Below, piece after piece: positions 9,807-19,209 of a DNA stretch of 59,258 bases; position 1 is the stretch's first letter, and every line of letters begins with the position of its first letter. The position numbers and the translations under genes are program-made. The notes under the pieces are model-generated. The model did not search any database and was not told where the DNA came from. It was given only the letters and a program-made list of their open reading frames with translations. This DNA comes from an uncultured Flavobacteriaceae bacterium (GTDB taxonomy: Bacteria > Bacteroidota > Bacteroidia > Flavobacteriales > Flavobacteriaceae), in the NCBI GenBank assembly GCA_963972105.1, contig CAXAVH010000001.1, positions 1-59,258 of the forward strand, in the 5' to 3' direction.

Positions 9807-10670
9807 CTAATGATATTTGGTAAAAATCTTTGTAGCTTCATTGTGAGCACTTTCAAAAGACATTGTATTAATATTGCTAATTACCTTCTTGGCAGTAAAA
9901 TAGCTAAGCATTTTTTCAGTAGGCATATTACCTGTTAGTTCGTCCTTGGCCATAGGGCAACCGCCAAACCCCTGTATGGCCCCATCAAATCTACGGCAGC
10001 CCGATTTGTAGGCGGCGTCGATTTTTTCGAACCAAGAGGTCGGGGTGGTATGCAAATGGGCCCCAAACTCGATATGGGGATAGGTGGGGATTAAATTAGA
10101 GTAAAGATAAGTAATAATTTCTGAAGTGGAAGTGCCCACGGTATCGCTGAGCGACAAGATAGTAACCCCCATACCAGCGAGTTTTTCGGTCCATTCACCC
10201 ACGATGTCGACATTCCACGGATCGCCATAGGGGTTTCCGAAGCCCATAGACAGATAGGCAACTACCTCCTTGCCGTGGGTATCGGCCAAATTGAGTATGT
10301 CCTGTAGGATCACGATAGACTCGGCTATAGTTTTGTGGGTATTTCGCATCAGGAAATTCTCAGAAATGGAAAATGGATAGCCTAGATACTGGATCTCGGG
10401 GTGAATAACCGCCTCTTGTGCCCCCCTCACGTTCGCCACGATGGCCAGCAGTTTGCTCTTGGTACGCGACAGGTCGAGGGCAGCGAGTACCTCGGCGGTA
10501 TCCTTCATTTGTGGAATGGCGCGCGGAGATACGAAACTGCCAAAGTCCAACGTATCGAAACCGCACCGAAGCAGTGCCTGAATGTACTGTACTTTCTGCT
10601 GCGTAGGAATCCAGTCCTTAATTCCCTGCATGGCGTCACGAGGGCATTCTATTAGCTTTACATTCTGCAT
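9807..10670 (-). CDS. hydroxymethylglutaryl-CoA lyase
   Basis: 287 aa. MQNVKLIECPRDAMQG...FVSPRAIPQM...GAHLHTT are typical HMGL-like TIM-barrel motifs. Confidence 0.9.
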   Translation of the reverse strand: MQNVKLIECPRDAMQGIKDWIPTQQKVQYIQALLRCGFDTLDFGSFVSPRAIPQMKDTAEVLAALDLSRTKSKLLAIVANVRGAQEAVIHPEIQYLGYPFSISENFLMRNTHKTIAESIVILQDILNLADTHGKEVVAYLSMGFGNPYGDPWNVDIVGEWTEKLAGMGVTILSLSDTVGTSTSEIITYLYSNLIPTYPHIEFGAHLHTTPTSWFEKIDAAYKSGCRRFDGAIQGFGGCPMAKDELTGNMPTEKMLSYFTAKKVISNINTMSFESAHNEATKIFTKYH

Positions 10671-10766
10671 TGGTTCAAAGATAATAGAATTGATAAACCC
10701 TTTGGCGAAATGTCAATATGAAATTTAATACCAACTACCGGTAAAGCCATTCCGAAGCTATCCAGC

Positions 10767-11384
10767 TCAGGGAATAAGTATATATATCGCAATGCCAATA
10801 AACACTACTACCTGAAGCCACTTTAAAACGACCCCGACTGAGGCGTGCTGTTTTATGTACTTGGCGATTCTTCCGGCCAATAAGGCAATACTCGAAAAGA
10901 CAGAAAAAGAAACCGCCATAAAAACCAGACCCAACACATAAAACTGAAACACCGTATTTCCATTTTCGGCCCATAGAAATCCGGGGAAAAATGCCAAGAA
11001 AAAAATCATCACTTTGGGGTTCAACAAGTTCATGATTACCCCCTGAACAAATAACTGACCATGATTTTTCCGCGCTACTTCCTCATTTTCCAATGCAATT
11101 GTCGCAGTGCTTTTCCAAACCTGGTACGCCAAGAACAATAGATATAGTGCACCGCACACCTTGATAATGTAGAATACAGAATCGGAAGCAGTTATTATCG
11201 CAGAAACGCCGAAGGCCAATAACGTAGTGTGCACGATGCAACCGCTAATTAAGCCGGCGGTAGTTGCTATACCACTTCTACTTCCGCTTGCGAGCGACTG
11301 CGAGAGCACGTACATGTTGTCGGGCCCGGGAGACAGCGCGAGCGCTAGAGTCGCAAAACTGAAGGAAATTAGGCTCTCCCACAT
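10767..11384 (-). CDS. LysE/RhtB-family amino-acid exporter
   Basis: 205 aa with six TM segments. It starts ...ALSPGPDNMYVLSQS..., the LysE-family signature. Confidence 0.85.
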   Translation of the reverse strand: MWESLISFSFATLALALSPGPDNMYVLSQSLASGSRSGIATTAGLISGCIVHTTLLAFGVSAIITASDSVFYIIKVCGALYLLFLAYQVWKSTATIALENEEVARKNHGQLFVQGVIMNLLNPKVMIFFLAFFPGFLWAENGNTVFQFYVLGLVFMAVSFSVFSSIALLAGRIAKYIKQHASVGVVLKWLQVVVFIGIAIYILIP

Positions 11385-11388
11385 AAAT

Positions 11389-12405
11389 TTACTGGGTTTT
11401 AAGCAATGCTTTATTAATTTCGGCGACCAGGCCGGGACCCTCGTAAATAAAGCCCGTGTACAACTGTACCAAGCTTGCGCCGGCCTTCAGTTTCTCAAGC
11501 GCATCTTCCTTCGAGTGGATTCCCCCTACCCCGATAATGGGAAAGGCGCGATTACTTTTTTCAGAAAGAAATCGAATTACCTCGGTACTTCGTGAAGTAA
11601 GCGGCTTTCCGCTCAATCCCCCCATTTCATTTCGGTTTTCCGAAGTAAGGCCCGTTCTATCTATAGTAGTATTTGTGGCAATTACGCCATCTATCTTAGT
11701 TGTCGATACGATATCGATTATGTCCATCAGTTGCTCGTTGGTCAGGTCGGGCGCAATTTTCAGCAGAATAGGCTTGGGGTTTTGCCTCTCGCTATTGGTA
11801 TTCTTTAGCACGTTTAGCAGTGCAGTAAGGGGCTCTTTATCTTGTAGCTCGCGCAGATTGGGCGTATTTGGCGAGCTTACGTTAACCACGAAATAATCTA
11901 CAGTATCGAAAAGTTCATTAAAACAGGTTAGGTAATCATCGACCGCGCTTTCGTTGGGGGTGGTTTTGTTTTTCCCAATGTTACCACCAATCAATACCCC
12001 TGGGTTACTGCGAAGTCGCTCGGCGGCAGCCACTACCCCACCATTGTTAAAACCCATTCGGTTTATGATGGCGCTATCTTCCCGTAACCGGAACAGGCGC
12101 TTCTTTTCGTTCCCGGGCTGCGGCTTGGGGGTAACGGTGCCAATTTCAATAAAGCCGAAGCCAAAATTTGAAAGTTCCTTATACAGCTTTGCATCTTTAT
12201 CGAATCCGGCCGCGAGCCCCACCGGATTCGGAAATTTCAGGCCGAACAGGTCTCGCTCCAAACGCACATCAGACACCTGGTAGATACTTCGGAAAATGGA
12301 ACCCAAACCAATTTTGTTCAGAAATCGAATCAGTCGAAACGTGGCGTGGTGCACCTTTTCAGGATCAAATTGAAAGAGGATGGGGCGTATAATCTGTTTG
12401 TACAT
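11389..12405 (-). CDS. pyrD: dihydroorotate dehydrogenase (quinone), class 2
   Basis: 338 aa with [19 protein letters not shown]...[13 protein letters not shown]...IEIGTVTP...GVGGI. Confidence 0.92.
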   Translation of the reverse strand: MYKQIIRPILFQFDPEKVHHATFRLIRFLNKIGLGSIFRSIYQVSDVRLERDLFGLKFPNPVGLAAGFDKDAKLYKELSNFGFGFIEIGTVTPKPQPGNEKKRLFRLREDSAIINRMGFNNGGVVAAAERLRSNPGVLIGGNIGKNKTTPNESAVDDYLTCFNELFDTVDYFVVNVSSPNTPNLRELQDKEPLTALLNVLKNTNSERQNPKPILLKIAPDLTNEQLMDIIDIVSTTKIDGVIATNTTIDRTGLTSENRNEMGGLSGKPLTSRSTEVIRFLSEKSNRAFPIIGVGGIHSKEDALEKLKAGASLVQLYTGFIYEGPGLVAEINKALLKTQ

Positions 12406-12494
12406 AGCACTGTATAATGAGTTGCAAAAATAGTATTAAAGAATGTATTAGTTCTTTTGAATATGCGTTAATTTGTACTGAAAAGTAACCGAAT

Positions 12495-13769
12495 ATGATA
12501 GAGAAACAAGCGCTTATCGATCGCTTTATTAGCTATGTAACCGTAGATACGGAAAGCGACCCCGAGAGCAAGACCACCCCCAGCACCCAAAAGCAATGGG
12601 ACCTCGCCAACCAATTGGTAGCCGAATTAAAGCGGATTGGAATGCAGGACGTTACCATAGACGAGCACGCTTACATCATGGCAACCCTGCCTAGCAACGT
12701 TAACCATGACGTACCCGTAATTGGGTTCATCTCGCATTTCGATACTACGCCCGACTTTACCGGAGCCAATGTAAAGCCGCAAATAGTAAAGAATTATGAC
12801 GGCAACGATATCGTGTTGAACCAAGCCGAAAACATCGTCCTTTCACCCGATGACTTTGAAGACCTCCTGCTTTACATGGGACAGACGTTGATTACGACCG
12901 ATGGCACTACCCTGCTCGGGGCCGACGACAAGGCAGGAATCACCGAAATTATCTCGGCTATGGAATACCTTATAAACCACCCAGAGCTAAAACACGGAAA
13001 AATTCGCGTAGGCTTTACGCCCGACGAAGAAATAGGGCGCGGTGCGCATAAATTCGACGTGGCTAAATTTGGTGCCGAATGGGCGTACACCATGGACGGT
13101 AGCCAAGTGGGCGAGCTAGAATATGAAAACTTTAATGCCGCCGGCGCCGTCGTTACCGTTAAGGGAAAGATCGTGCACCCAGGATACGCCAAGGGAAAAA
13201 TGATTAACAGTATGTACATAGCTACAGACTACATCAACTCACTCCCGCGCATGGAAACACCAGAGCACACCGAAGACCGCGAGGGATTTTTCCACCTTTA
13301 TAGCGTGAAGGGTGAGGTAGACAGCACCAAGCTACAATATATTATTAGGGATCATGACAAGGACCATTTCGAGGCGCGAAAGGAAATGATGCACAAACTG
13401 GCCGAGGAGCTCAATGCACAATACGAAAAGGAAGTGGTACTTGTTGAAATTACCGATCAGTACTTTAATATGCGCGAAAAGATCGAGCCTGTTATGCATA
13501 TTGTTGACATTGCCGAAGAAGCCATGAAAAGGGCGGGCATTACCCCTTTGATAAAACCAATACGGGGCGGGACGGACGGCTCGCAGCTGAGCTTTATGGG
13601 CCTTCCCTGCCCTAATATTTTTGCCGGCGGACATAATTTCCACGGAAGGTATGAATACGTTCCAGTTGAAAGTATGCAGAAAGCCATCGAGGTAATCGTG
13701 AACATTGCCCAACTCACCGCCATACAAAAACCGGTTCCTAGGAATAAAAAAAACCTTCAGCAAAACTGA
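12495..13769 (+). CDS. pepT: peptidase T (tripeptide aminopeptidase, M20B)
   Basis: 424 aa with [17 protein letters not shown]...[10 protein letters not shown]...FTPDEEIG...GGTDGS. Confidence 0.9.
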   Translation: MIEKQALIDRFISYVTVDTESDPESKTTPSTQKQWDLANQLVAELKRIGMQDVTIDEHAYIMATLPSNVNHDVPVIGFISHFDTTPDFTGANVKPQIVKNYDGNDIVLNQAENIVLSPDDFEDLLLYMGQTLITTDGTTLLGADDKAGITEIISAMEYLINHPELKHGKIRVGFTPDEEIGRGAHKFDVAKFGAEWAYTMDGSQVGELEYENFNAAGAVVTVKGKIVHPGYAKGKMINSMYIATDYINSLPRMETPEHTEDREGFFHLYSVKGEVDSTKLQYIIRDHDKDHFEARKEMMHKLAEELNAQYEKEVVLVEITDQYFNMREKIEPVMHIVDIAEEAMKRAGITPLIKPIRGGTDGSQLSFMGLPCPNIFAGGHNFHGRYEYVPVESMQKAIEVIVNIAQLTAIQKPVPRNKKNLQQN

Positions 13770-13780
13770 AGGTTTTTTTA
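13747..13780. terminator. bidirectional rho-independent terminator between convergent pepT and yajC
   Basis: The stem CCTTCAG (13754-13760) pairs with CTGAAGG (13766-13772). An A-run lies upstream and a T-run at 13773-13779. The pepT stop codon lies inside the hairpin. Confidence 0.75.
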
Positions 13781-13795
13781 TTGAATTAGCAATTG

Positions 13796-14083
13796 TTATT
13801 TTTTAGAGCTCGGGGCATTTAGCTTGTTGCTCATTTCCATAGAGAGCGCTGACCGGTCAAACTTCAACTTGCCCGCTCCTGTTTCCAGAATGCAGGTGCC
13901 ATCGTCGTTAAGATCCAGAATCTTTGCGTGTAGCCCACTCTTGGTCACTACCCGATCTCCTCGTTTAATTTCTTCTACGAATTTCTTCTCTTGCTTCTGC
14001 TTTTTCATCTGCGGACGTATCAGAAAAAGATACATCACCACGAAAAGAAGAATTATGGGAAGAAAACCTTGAATTTGTTCCAT
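13796..14083 (-). CDS. yajC: preprotein translocase subunit YajC
   Basis: 95 aa with ...LFVVMYLFLIRPQMKKQK...GDRVVTKSGLHAKI... Confidence 0.9.
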   Translation of the reverse strand: MEQIQGFLPIILLFVVMYLFLIRPQMKKQKQEKKFVEEIKRGDRVVTKSGLHAKILDLNDDGTCILETGAGKLKFDRSALSMEMSNKLNAPSSKK

Positions 14084-14102
14084 GTAGGGAGTTATTTAAA
14101 AA

Positions 14103-14591
14103 TTATTGGACGTTGGTTTGCAACATTCCATTTGCGCTAACACCACCTTCTGTTGGGTTTACGAATGCCTTGATGGTCAAGGTTTCCTTGCCTTTTTCGG
14201 TGTTGGCGGTAATTGTTACGGTTTTAGTAACTTGGTTTTTTCCGCTACCATTGTATTTTACTAGCAATTCGCCAGTTTCGCCCGGTGCTATAGGTCCGGT
14301 TGGTTTTTCGGGAACCGTACAGCCACAGCTACTTTTGGCATCGACAATTACCAAGGGAGCCTCACCCGTGTTGGTGAACTTAAACTTATGCTCTACGTTG
14401 CTTCCTGCCTCGATAGTGCCGAAGTCATACGAAGTTTCCTCGAATTGCATTACTGGAAATTTCCCCGCCTCTGCGTCTCTATCTGCCGCTGCTGCAACAT
14501 TTTCTTCATTAACCTTGTCTGCCGCATTTTCCTTGCAAGAGGTAAACGCGAACACAGAAAGTACCGCTACAATTAATACTGATTTTTTCAT
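14103..14591 (-). CDS. DUF1573 domain-containing lipoprotein
   Basis: 162 aa. It has the lipobox FAFTSC and the DUF1573 core FDFGTIEAGSNVEHKFKFTNTGEAPLVI...SCGCTVP. Confidence 0.85.
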   Translation of the reverse strand: MKKSVLIVAVLSVFAFTSCKENAADKVNEENVAAAADRDAEAGKFPVMQFEETSYDFGTIEAGSNVEHKFKFTNTGEAPLVIVDAKSSCGCTVPEKPTGPIAPGETGELLVKYNGSGKNQVTKTVTITANTEKGKETLTIKAFVNPTEGGVSANGMLQTNVQ

Positions 14592-14646
14592 AGGATTATA
14601 TTATTTTTAGATTTTAAGCGCCGCTAAAATACTTAAAATTTACGTT

Positions 14647-15591
14647 TTAGCGAAGACCGCGGCCTATTTTATTCAACGTACCCGCCTCGGTATATTCCTT
14701 TACCAGTTTGTCCAATATTCCGTTGATGAAGATACTGCTCTTCGGGGTTGAATATTCCTTGCTTATTTCAAGGTATTCATTAATGGTAACGCGAACGGGA
14801 ATAGATGGGAAGAACAGAAACTCCGCGATTCCCATTTTCAGGATTATCATATCCAGGTCTGCGATGCGCTCGGTATCCCAATTGGGTGTCTTGCCGTCTA
14901 TATGCTTGCTTAGCTTTTCGTCGTTCAGGAGCACCTTGCGCAGCAACGTTAGCGCGTATTCCCTATCGTCGTCATTCTTATAAAGCTGCGGAAGTAGCGA
15001 AACGGCCGCATTTTTTTCCGACAGTTTATGGATCATCTTAACGATGGCCGTGTTCACCAACGGAAAATCGTCTATCCAGGTAAGCCGCTTGTCCTCTAGG
15101 TATTCGTAGAGCTTATCATTGGGCGCTATAATTTCCTTGTAAAGCTGAACCACGAATTTCCGGTCTTGCTCATAGGTGGCATCCTGTAGTTGTAGGTAGG
15201 AAACATACCAATCCTTTTCGCGCAATTCCCTCAGCAAAATGCTAACATACTCATCGTCGAGCTCCCAATAATTCAGCTTCTTGTTCTTTATAATCTCGTT
15301 AAACTGAGGGTGGATGGCAATCAGCTCGATTACCTTGTTATTGATGAAGGTGCGACTCGGGTTTTTCTCTTCGGGCGTGGCCAAGTGCTTTTTTTGGCCT
15401 TTTTCCAAATACACCTCGGCTTGGTTCCGCATGGCCACCATAAGCTGAAGCAGTAACAGGTACAGCTCTTCCATCTGGTTCATACTGTACAGCAGGAACT
15501 TTTCCTGCCTATCAAGGTCCTTGTGGTCGGTTTGGTTAAATGCGTAAGTAGATTGCAAAACTTTTACCCTGATATGTCTTCTTGTAAGCAT
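14647..15591 (-). CDS. nusB: transcription antitermination factor NusB (long Bacteroidota form)
   Basis: 314 aa. The N-terminus is MLTRRHIRVKVLQSTYAF and the C-terminal NusB core is ...INEYLEISKEYSTPKSSIFINGILDK. Confidence 0.85.
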   Translation of the reverse strand: MLTRRHIRVKVLQSTYAFNQTDHKDLDRQEKFLLYSMNQMEELYLLLLQLMVAMRNQAEVYLEKGQKKHLATPEEKNPSRTFINNKVIELIAIHPQFNEIIKNKKLNYWELDDEYVSILLRELREKDWYVSYLQLQDATYEQDRKFVVQLYKEIIAPNDKLYEYLEDKRLTWIDDFPLVNTAIVKMIHKLSEKNAAVSLLPQLYKNDDDREYALTLLRKVLLNDEKLSKHIDGKTPNWDTERIADLDMIILKMGIAEFLFFPSIPVRVTINEYLEISKEYSTPKSSIFINGILDKLVKEYTEAGTLNKIGRGLR

Positions 15592-15609
15592 AGTTGTAAA
15601 GAACGGTTA

Positions 15610-15640
15610 TAAAAAAGCAGCGCACAGGTTTGTGCGCTGC
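15610..15640 (-). terminator. rho-independent terminator downstream of the Leu/Val dehydrogenase gene
   Basis: A perfect 10-bp stem GCAGCGCACA / TGTGCGCTGC (15617-15626 and 15631-15640) has a 4-nt loop and is followed on the minus strand by TTTTTT (15611-15616). Confidence 0.8.
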
Positions 15641-15670
15641 AAAGATACTATTTTTAGAAAGCTAAACGGT

Positions 15671-16768
15671 CTATTTCTCTTTTTTGCGGGCATCGATCCT
15701 GGCCTGCGCCACGTTGAACGCGGCCTGGTGGGTCGTTATCCCGTTGGTCTCGGCATTCGAAAGAATTTCCAAGGTGGTGTTGTAGATATTCTCGGTCTTC
15801 CTGATGATTTCCTGACGGTCATAATTCTCAAGTTCGGCATACACGTTGATGATTCCACCGGCGTTGATTAAGAAGTCTGGGGCATAGACAATACCCTTTT
15901 CGCGGAGCATCAACCCGTGCTTTTGCTCATCGGCCAATTGGTTGTTCGCGGCACCGGCAATTACCTTGGCATTTATTTGATGGATGGTATGGTTGTTAAC
16001 CGTGGCGCCCAAAGCACAAGGGGCATAGATATCCATCTCCTCGGCATATAGGTTACTTCCGCCATAAATTTCAACGCCGTACTTGTCCCTCACCTCTTCC
16101 AATCGCTCTTGGTTGATATCGGAAATATAAATCTTAGCACCTTCGTTGCTCAGGTTTTCGACAAGGGCCTCGCCCACATTGCCAATACCCTCAACGTAAA
16201 TTACCTTATCTTCTAGCAAATCGCTTCCGTAGGCATATTTGGCCGCGGCCTTCATTCCCATAAATACACCGTACGCGGTAATAGGCGAAGGGTTTCCGGC
16301 GCCTCCTTTTTCTTCGGAAATTCCGGTAACGTATGGGGTTACCGTACGCACGAGGTCCATATCGCTCGTTTCCATGCCAACATCCTCGGCGGTAATGTAC
16401 CTACCGCTAAGCGAATGCACGAACTCACCGAAACGCTTCATGAGCTCGGGTGTCTTCTGGGTTTTGGCGTTTCCTATAATAACGGCCTTTCCGCCGCCTA
16501 GGTTGAGTCCCGTTACGGCCGACTTGAACGTCATGCCTCGTGAAAGGCGCAGTACATCGTTCAGCGCATCCCATTCACTATTGTAACTCCACATACGCGT
16601 ACCTCCCAGAGCCGGGCCCAAAACGGTATTGTGGATACCTATTATTGCCTTTAAACCTGTATCTTTGTCATTGCAAAAAACAATTTGCTCATGATCGTCG
16701 AAAGATAACTGCCCGAATACGGGGTCTATTTTTTGAAGTTCATTCGTATTTACTACTTCAGTCGTCAT
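15671..16768 (-). CDS. Leu/Phe/Val (Glu/Leu/Phe/Val family) amino-acid dehydrogenase
   Basis: 365 aa with HEQIVFCNDKDTGLKAIIGIHNTVLGPALGGTRMW...GLNLGGGKAVI and a Rossmann motif GIGNVG. Confidence 0.88.
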   Translation of the reverse strand: MTTEVVNTNELQKIDPVFGQLSFDDHEQIVFCNDKDTGLKAIIGIHNTVLGPALGGTRMWSYNSEWDALNDVLRLSRGMTFKSAVTGLNLGGGKAVIIGNAKTQKTPELMKRFGEFVHSLSGRYITAEDVGMETSDMDLVRTVTPYVTGISEEKGGAGNPSPITAYGVFMGMKAAAKYAYGSDLLEDKVIYVEGIGNVGEALVENLSNEGAKIYISDINQERLEEVRDKYGVEIYGGSNLYAEEMDIYAPCALGATVNNHTIHQINAKVIAGAANNQLADEQKHGLMLREKGIVYAPDFLINAGGIINVYAELENYDRQEIIRKTENIYNTTLEILSNAETNGITTHQAAFNVAQARIDARKKEK

Positions 16769-16888
16769 AGATTTTTTTTGTTTTTAAACATCCCTTAAAA
16801 AGGACGTGCAAAAGTAGCGGTTTACTAACAATCTTGCAACTGAAATTATACTAAATTTAGAATTTATCATTCTCAGTTTTTACGCTAA

Positions 16889-18643
16889 ATGAAAGAACTA
16901 CAATACCTTAACCGTTACTTTATTAAGTATCGAGGCAGACTCCTCTTGGGACTTTTTATTACTGTCGTGGCGCGCATTTTTGCGCTTCTCGTGCCCATGA
17001 AGGTGGGCGATATCGTGAACGTGGTTCGGGACCGGGTGAACGGGACCATCTCGGTGGCCGAAATGGAATCGCAGCTGTGGACGAGTATTTTCATTATAAT
17101 AGGGGCTACCCTCCTCTCGGCCTTCTTCACATTTTTAATGCGGCAAACCATCATCGTGGTTTCGCGTTATATCGAATTTGATCTTAAAAATGAAATCTAC
17201 AAGCAATACCAACGGCTGTCGCTCAGCTTTTACAAGCAAAATAGAACCGGCGATTTAATGAACCGTATTAGCGAGGATGTTTCAAAAGTGCGCATGTACG
17301 CCGGTCCGGCCCTTATGTACAGCACCACCACGGTAACCTTGTTTATCGTTGTGGTTAGCTATATGTTTTACAAGGCGCCCATCTTGACCCTTTACGCCAT
17401 TGCCCCCTTGCCCATACTCTCCATTGCCATTTATAAATTGAGCATTGCCATTAATAAGCGAAGCACTGTCGTGCAACAATACCTCTCGAAGCTCACTACC
17501 TTTACGCAGGAAAGTTTCAGCGGAATAGCGGTGATCAAGGCATACGGAATTGAACCCCGCATCAACACCGAATTTAATTCCCTTTCCGAAGGAAGCAAGG
17601 AAAAGAACATAGATCTCGCGAAGGTACAGGCACTATTCTTTCCGCTCATGATTTTGCTCATTGGGCTTAGCAACATTCTGGTTATATATATAGGTGGAAA
17701 CAGGTTCATAAACGGGCAAATAGAAGAACTGGGCACCATTGTTGAATTTCTTATATATGTAAACATGCTCACGTGGCCCGTTGCGGTTGTTGGCTGGGTC
17801 ACTTCTATGGTGCAGCAAGCAGAAGCCTCCCAAAAGCGGATCAACGAATTCCTCAACGAACAACCGGCCATTATCAATAAGGCCGAAAACCCTACCGCCA
17901 TAAAGGGAAAAATTGAATTCAAGGACCTATGGTTTACGTACCCCGATACGAACATAACCGCCCTCCAGGGAATTTCCTTCAGCGTTAATACCGGCGAAAC
18001 ACTTTCCATTATTGGCCACACCGGTTCGGGGAAATCGACCATCCTAGAACTCATTGGCCGTCTGTACGATGTAGCGCCTGGCCAACTGTTTATAGACAAC
18101 ACCCCCATTCAGGAAATCCACCTGGACAGCCTGCGCGAAAGCATTGGATATGTGCCGCAAGACGCCTTTCTCTTCAGCGATTCCATAAAGAACAACATAA
18201 AGTTCGGCAAGGAAGATGCGAGCGACAAGGAAGTTATTGAAGCCGCCAAGCGGGCAGCGGTCCACAAAAATATTGTTGGCTTCAGCCATGGATATGACAC
18301 CGTCCTGGGCGAACGCGGTATCACCTTGAGCGGGGGGCAAAAACAGCGCGTGTCCATTGCACGTGCCATTATCAAAGACCCCGAGATTTTGCTGTTCGAT
18401 GACTGCCTCTCTGCGGTCGACACCGAAACCGAGGAGGAAATCCTTCAGAATCTACACCAAATTTCACGGAACAAGACCACCATTATCGTTAGCCACCGAA
18501 TCTCCTCGGCCAAAAATGCCGACAAGATCCTAGTACTAGAACAGGGACAGATAGTACAAGAAGGCACACACACGCAACTGATCGCCGCCGATGGGTATTA
18601 TAAGGAGCTTTATGCGAAGCAACTTTCAGAAAAAGAAATGTAG
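16889..18643 (+). CDS. ABC transporter, fused permease/ATPase (MsbA-like exporter)
   Basis: 584 aa. A six-TM N-terminal half is followed by Walker A GHTGSGKST, the signature LSGGQKQR and Walker B ILLFDD. Confidence 0.9.
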   Translation: MKELQYLNRYFIKYRGRLLLGLFITVVARIFALLVPMKVGDIVNVVRDRVNGTISVAEMESQLWTSIFIIIGATLLSAFFTFLMRQTIIVVSRYIEFDLKNEIYKQYQRLSLSFYKQNRTGDLMNRISEDVSKVRMYAGPALMYSTTTVTLFIVVVSYMFYKAPILTLYAIAPLPILSIAIYKLSIAINKRSTVVQQYLSKLTTFTQESFSGIAVIKAYGIEPRINTEFNSLSEGSKEKNIDLAKVQALFFPLMILLIGLSNILVIYIGGNRFINGQIEELGTIVEFLIYVNMLTWPVAVVGWVTSMVQQAEASQKRINEFLNEQPAIINKAENPTAIKGKIEFKDLWFTYPDTNITALQGISFSVNTGETLSIIGHTGSGKSTILELIGRLYDVAPGQLFIDNTPIQEIHLDSLRESIGYVPQDAFLFSDSIKNNIKFGKEDASDKEVIEAAKRAAVHKNIVGFSHGYDTVLGERGITLSGGQKQRVSIARAIIKDPEILLFDDCLSAVDTETEEEILQNLHQISRNKTTIIVSHRISSAKNADKILVLEQGQIVQEGTHTQLIAADGYYKELYAKQLSEKEM

Positions 18644-18701
18644 GTTATACTTTGGATATATCTAATTTTTTTAGATTTTTGGCATACAGTTAACAATCTT
18701 A

Positions 18702-19094
18702 ATGAGCGAACCGTTTACAATGGAGAAAGAAGAAATACACTCAAAGGTCATGCGTGCCGGAAGACGCACCTATTTTTTTGATGTGCGCGCCACAAAGGCG
18801 GGTGATTACTACCTGACCATCACCGAAAGCAAGAAATTTACCAACGACGATGGTTCTTTCCATTATAAAAAACATAAAATATACCTTTATAAGGAGGATT
18901 TTGCCGAGTTTGAGGAGCACTTGACCGATATGACCAATTTTATTATTAATGAAAAGGGCGAAGAGGTAATTAGCGAGCGCCACCAAAAGGACTACAGTCC
19001 AGAGAGCGATAATGAAGTGGCCGAACGTATTGGTACCGCCAGCGACGAAACCCCTCCCACCAATTTTACCGATATTGATTTCGACGATATTTAA
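18702..19094 (+). CDS. DUF3276 (PUR-alpha-like) nucleic-acid-binding protein
   Basis: 130 aa. MRAGRRTYFFDVRATKAGDYYLTITESKK...HKIYLYKEDFAEF is the characteristic PUR-repeat pattern of DUF3276. Confidence 0.75.
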   Translation: MSEPFTMEKEEIHSKVMRAGRRTYFFDVRATKAGDYYLTITESKKFTNDDGSFHYKKHKIYLYKEDFAEFEEHLTDMTNFIINEKGEEVISERHQKDYSPESDNEVAERIGTASDETPPTNFTDIDFDDI

Positions 19095-19123
19095 TAGTTT
19101 GGGTTAACATAAATTTAAGTTAA

Positions 19124-19153
19124 ACCGTCCCTTTCAACAGGGGCGGTTTTTTT
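19124..19153 (+). terminator. rho-independent terminator after the DUF3276 gene
   Basis: The stem ACCGTCCC / GGGGCGGT (one G-U pair) has an 8-nt loop and is followed by TTTTTTT. Confidence 0.75.
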
Positions 19154-19209
19154 ATATTTACCTTTTGCCCATTCAGGCTATCCTAACCTTAATAGCATTT
19201 CCATCTCTT

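Noticed and set aside
14113-14610. A 165-aa plus-strand ORF covers the entire DUF1573 gene in antisense. There are many similar long antisense ORFs, for example 11456-11896, 17431-18108, 25546-26013, 35957-36532, 37580-38098, 42433-43125, 42620-43168, 51877-52395, 56806-57363 and 57888-58412.
   Set aside because: Each lies wholly inside a well-supported gene on the other strand. Their translations are low-complexity (rich in S, P, R, L and C) with no recognisable motifs, signal peptides or sensible boundaries. They are the expected stop-poor mirror frames of genes that avoid TTA, CTA and TCA codons.
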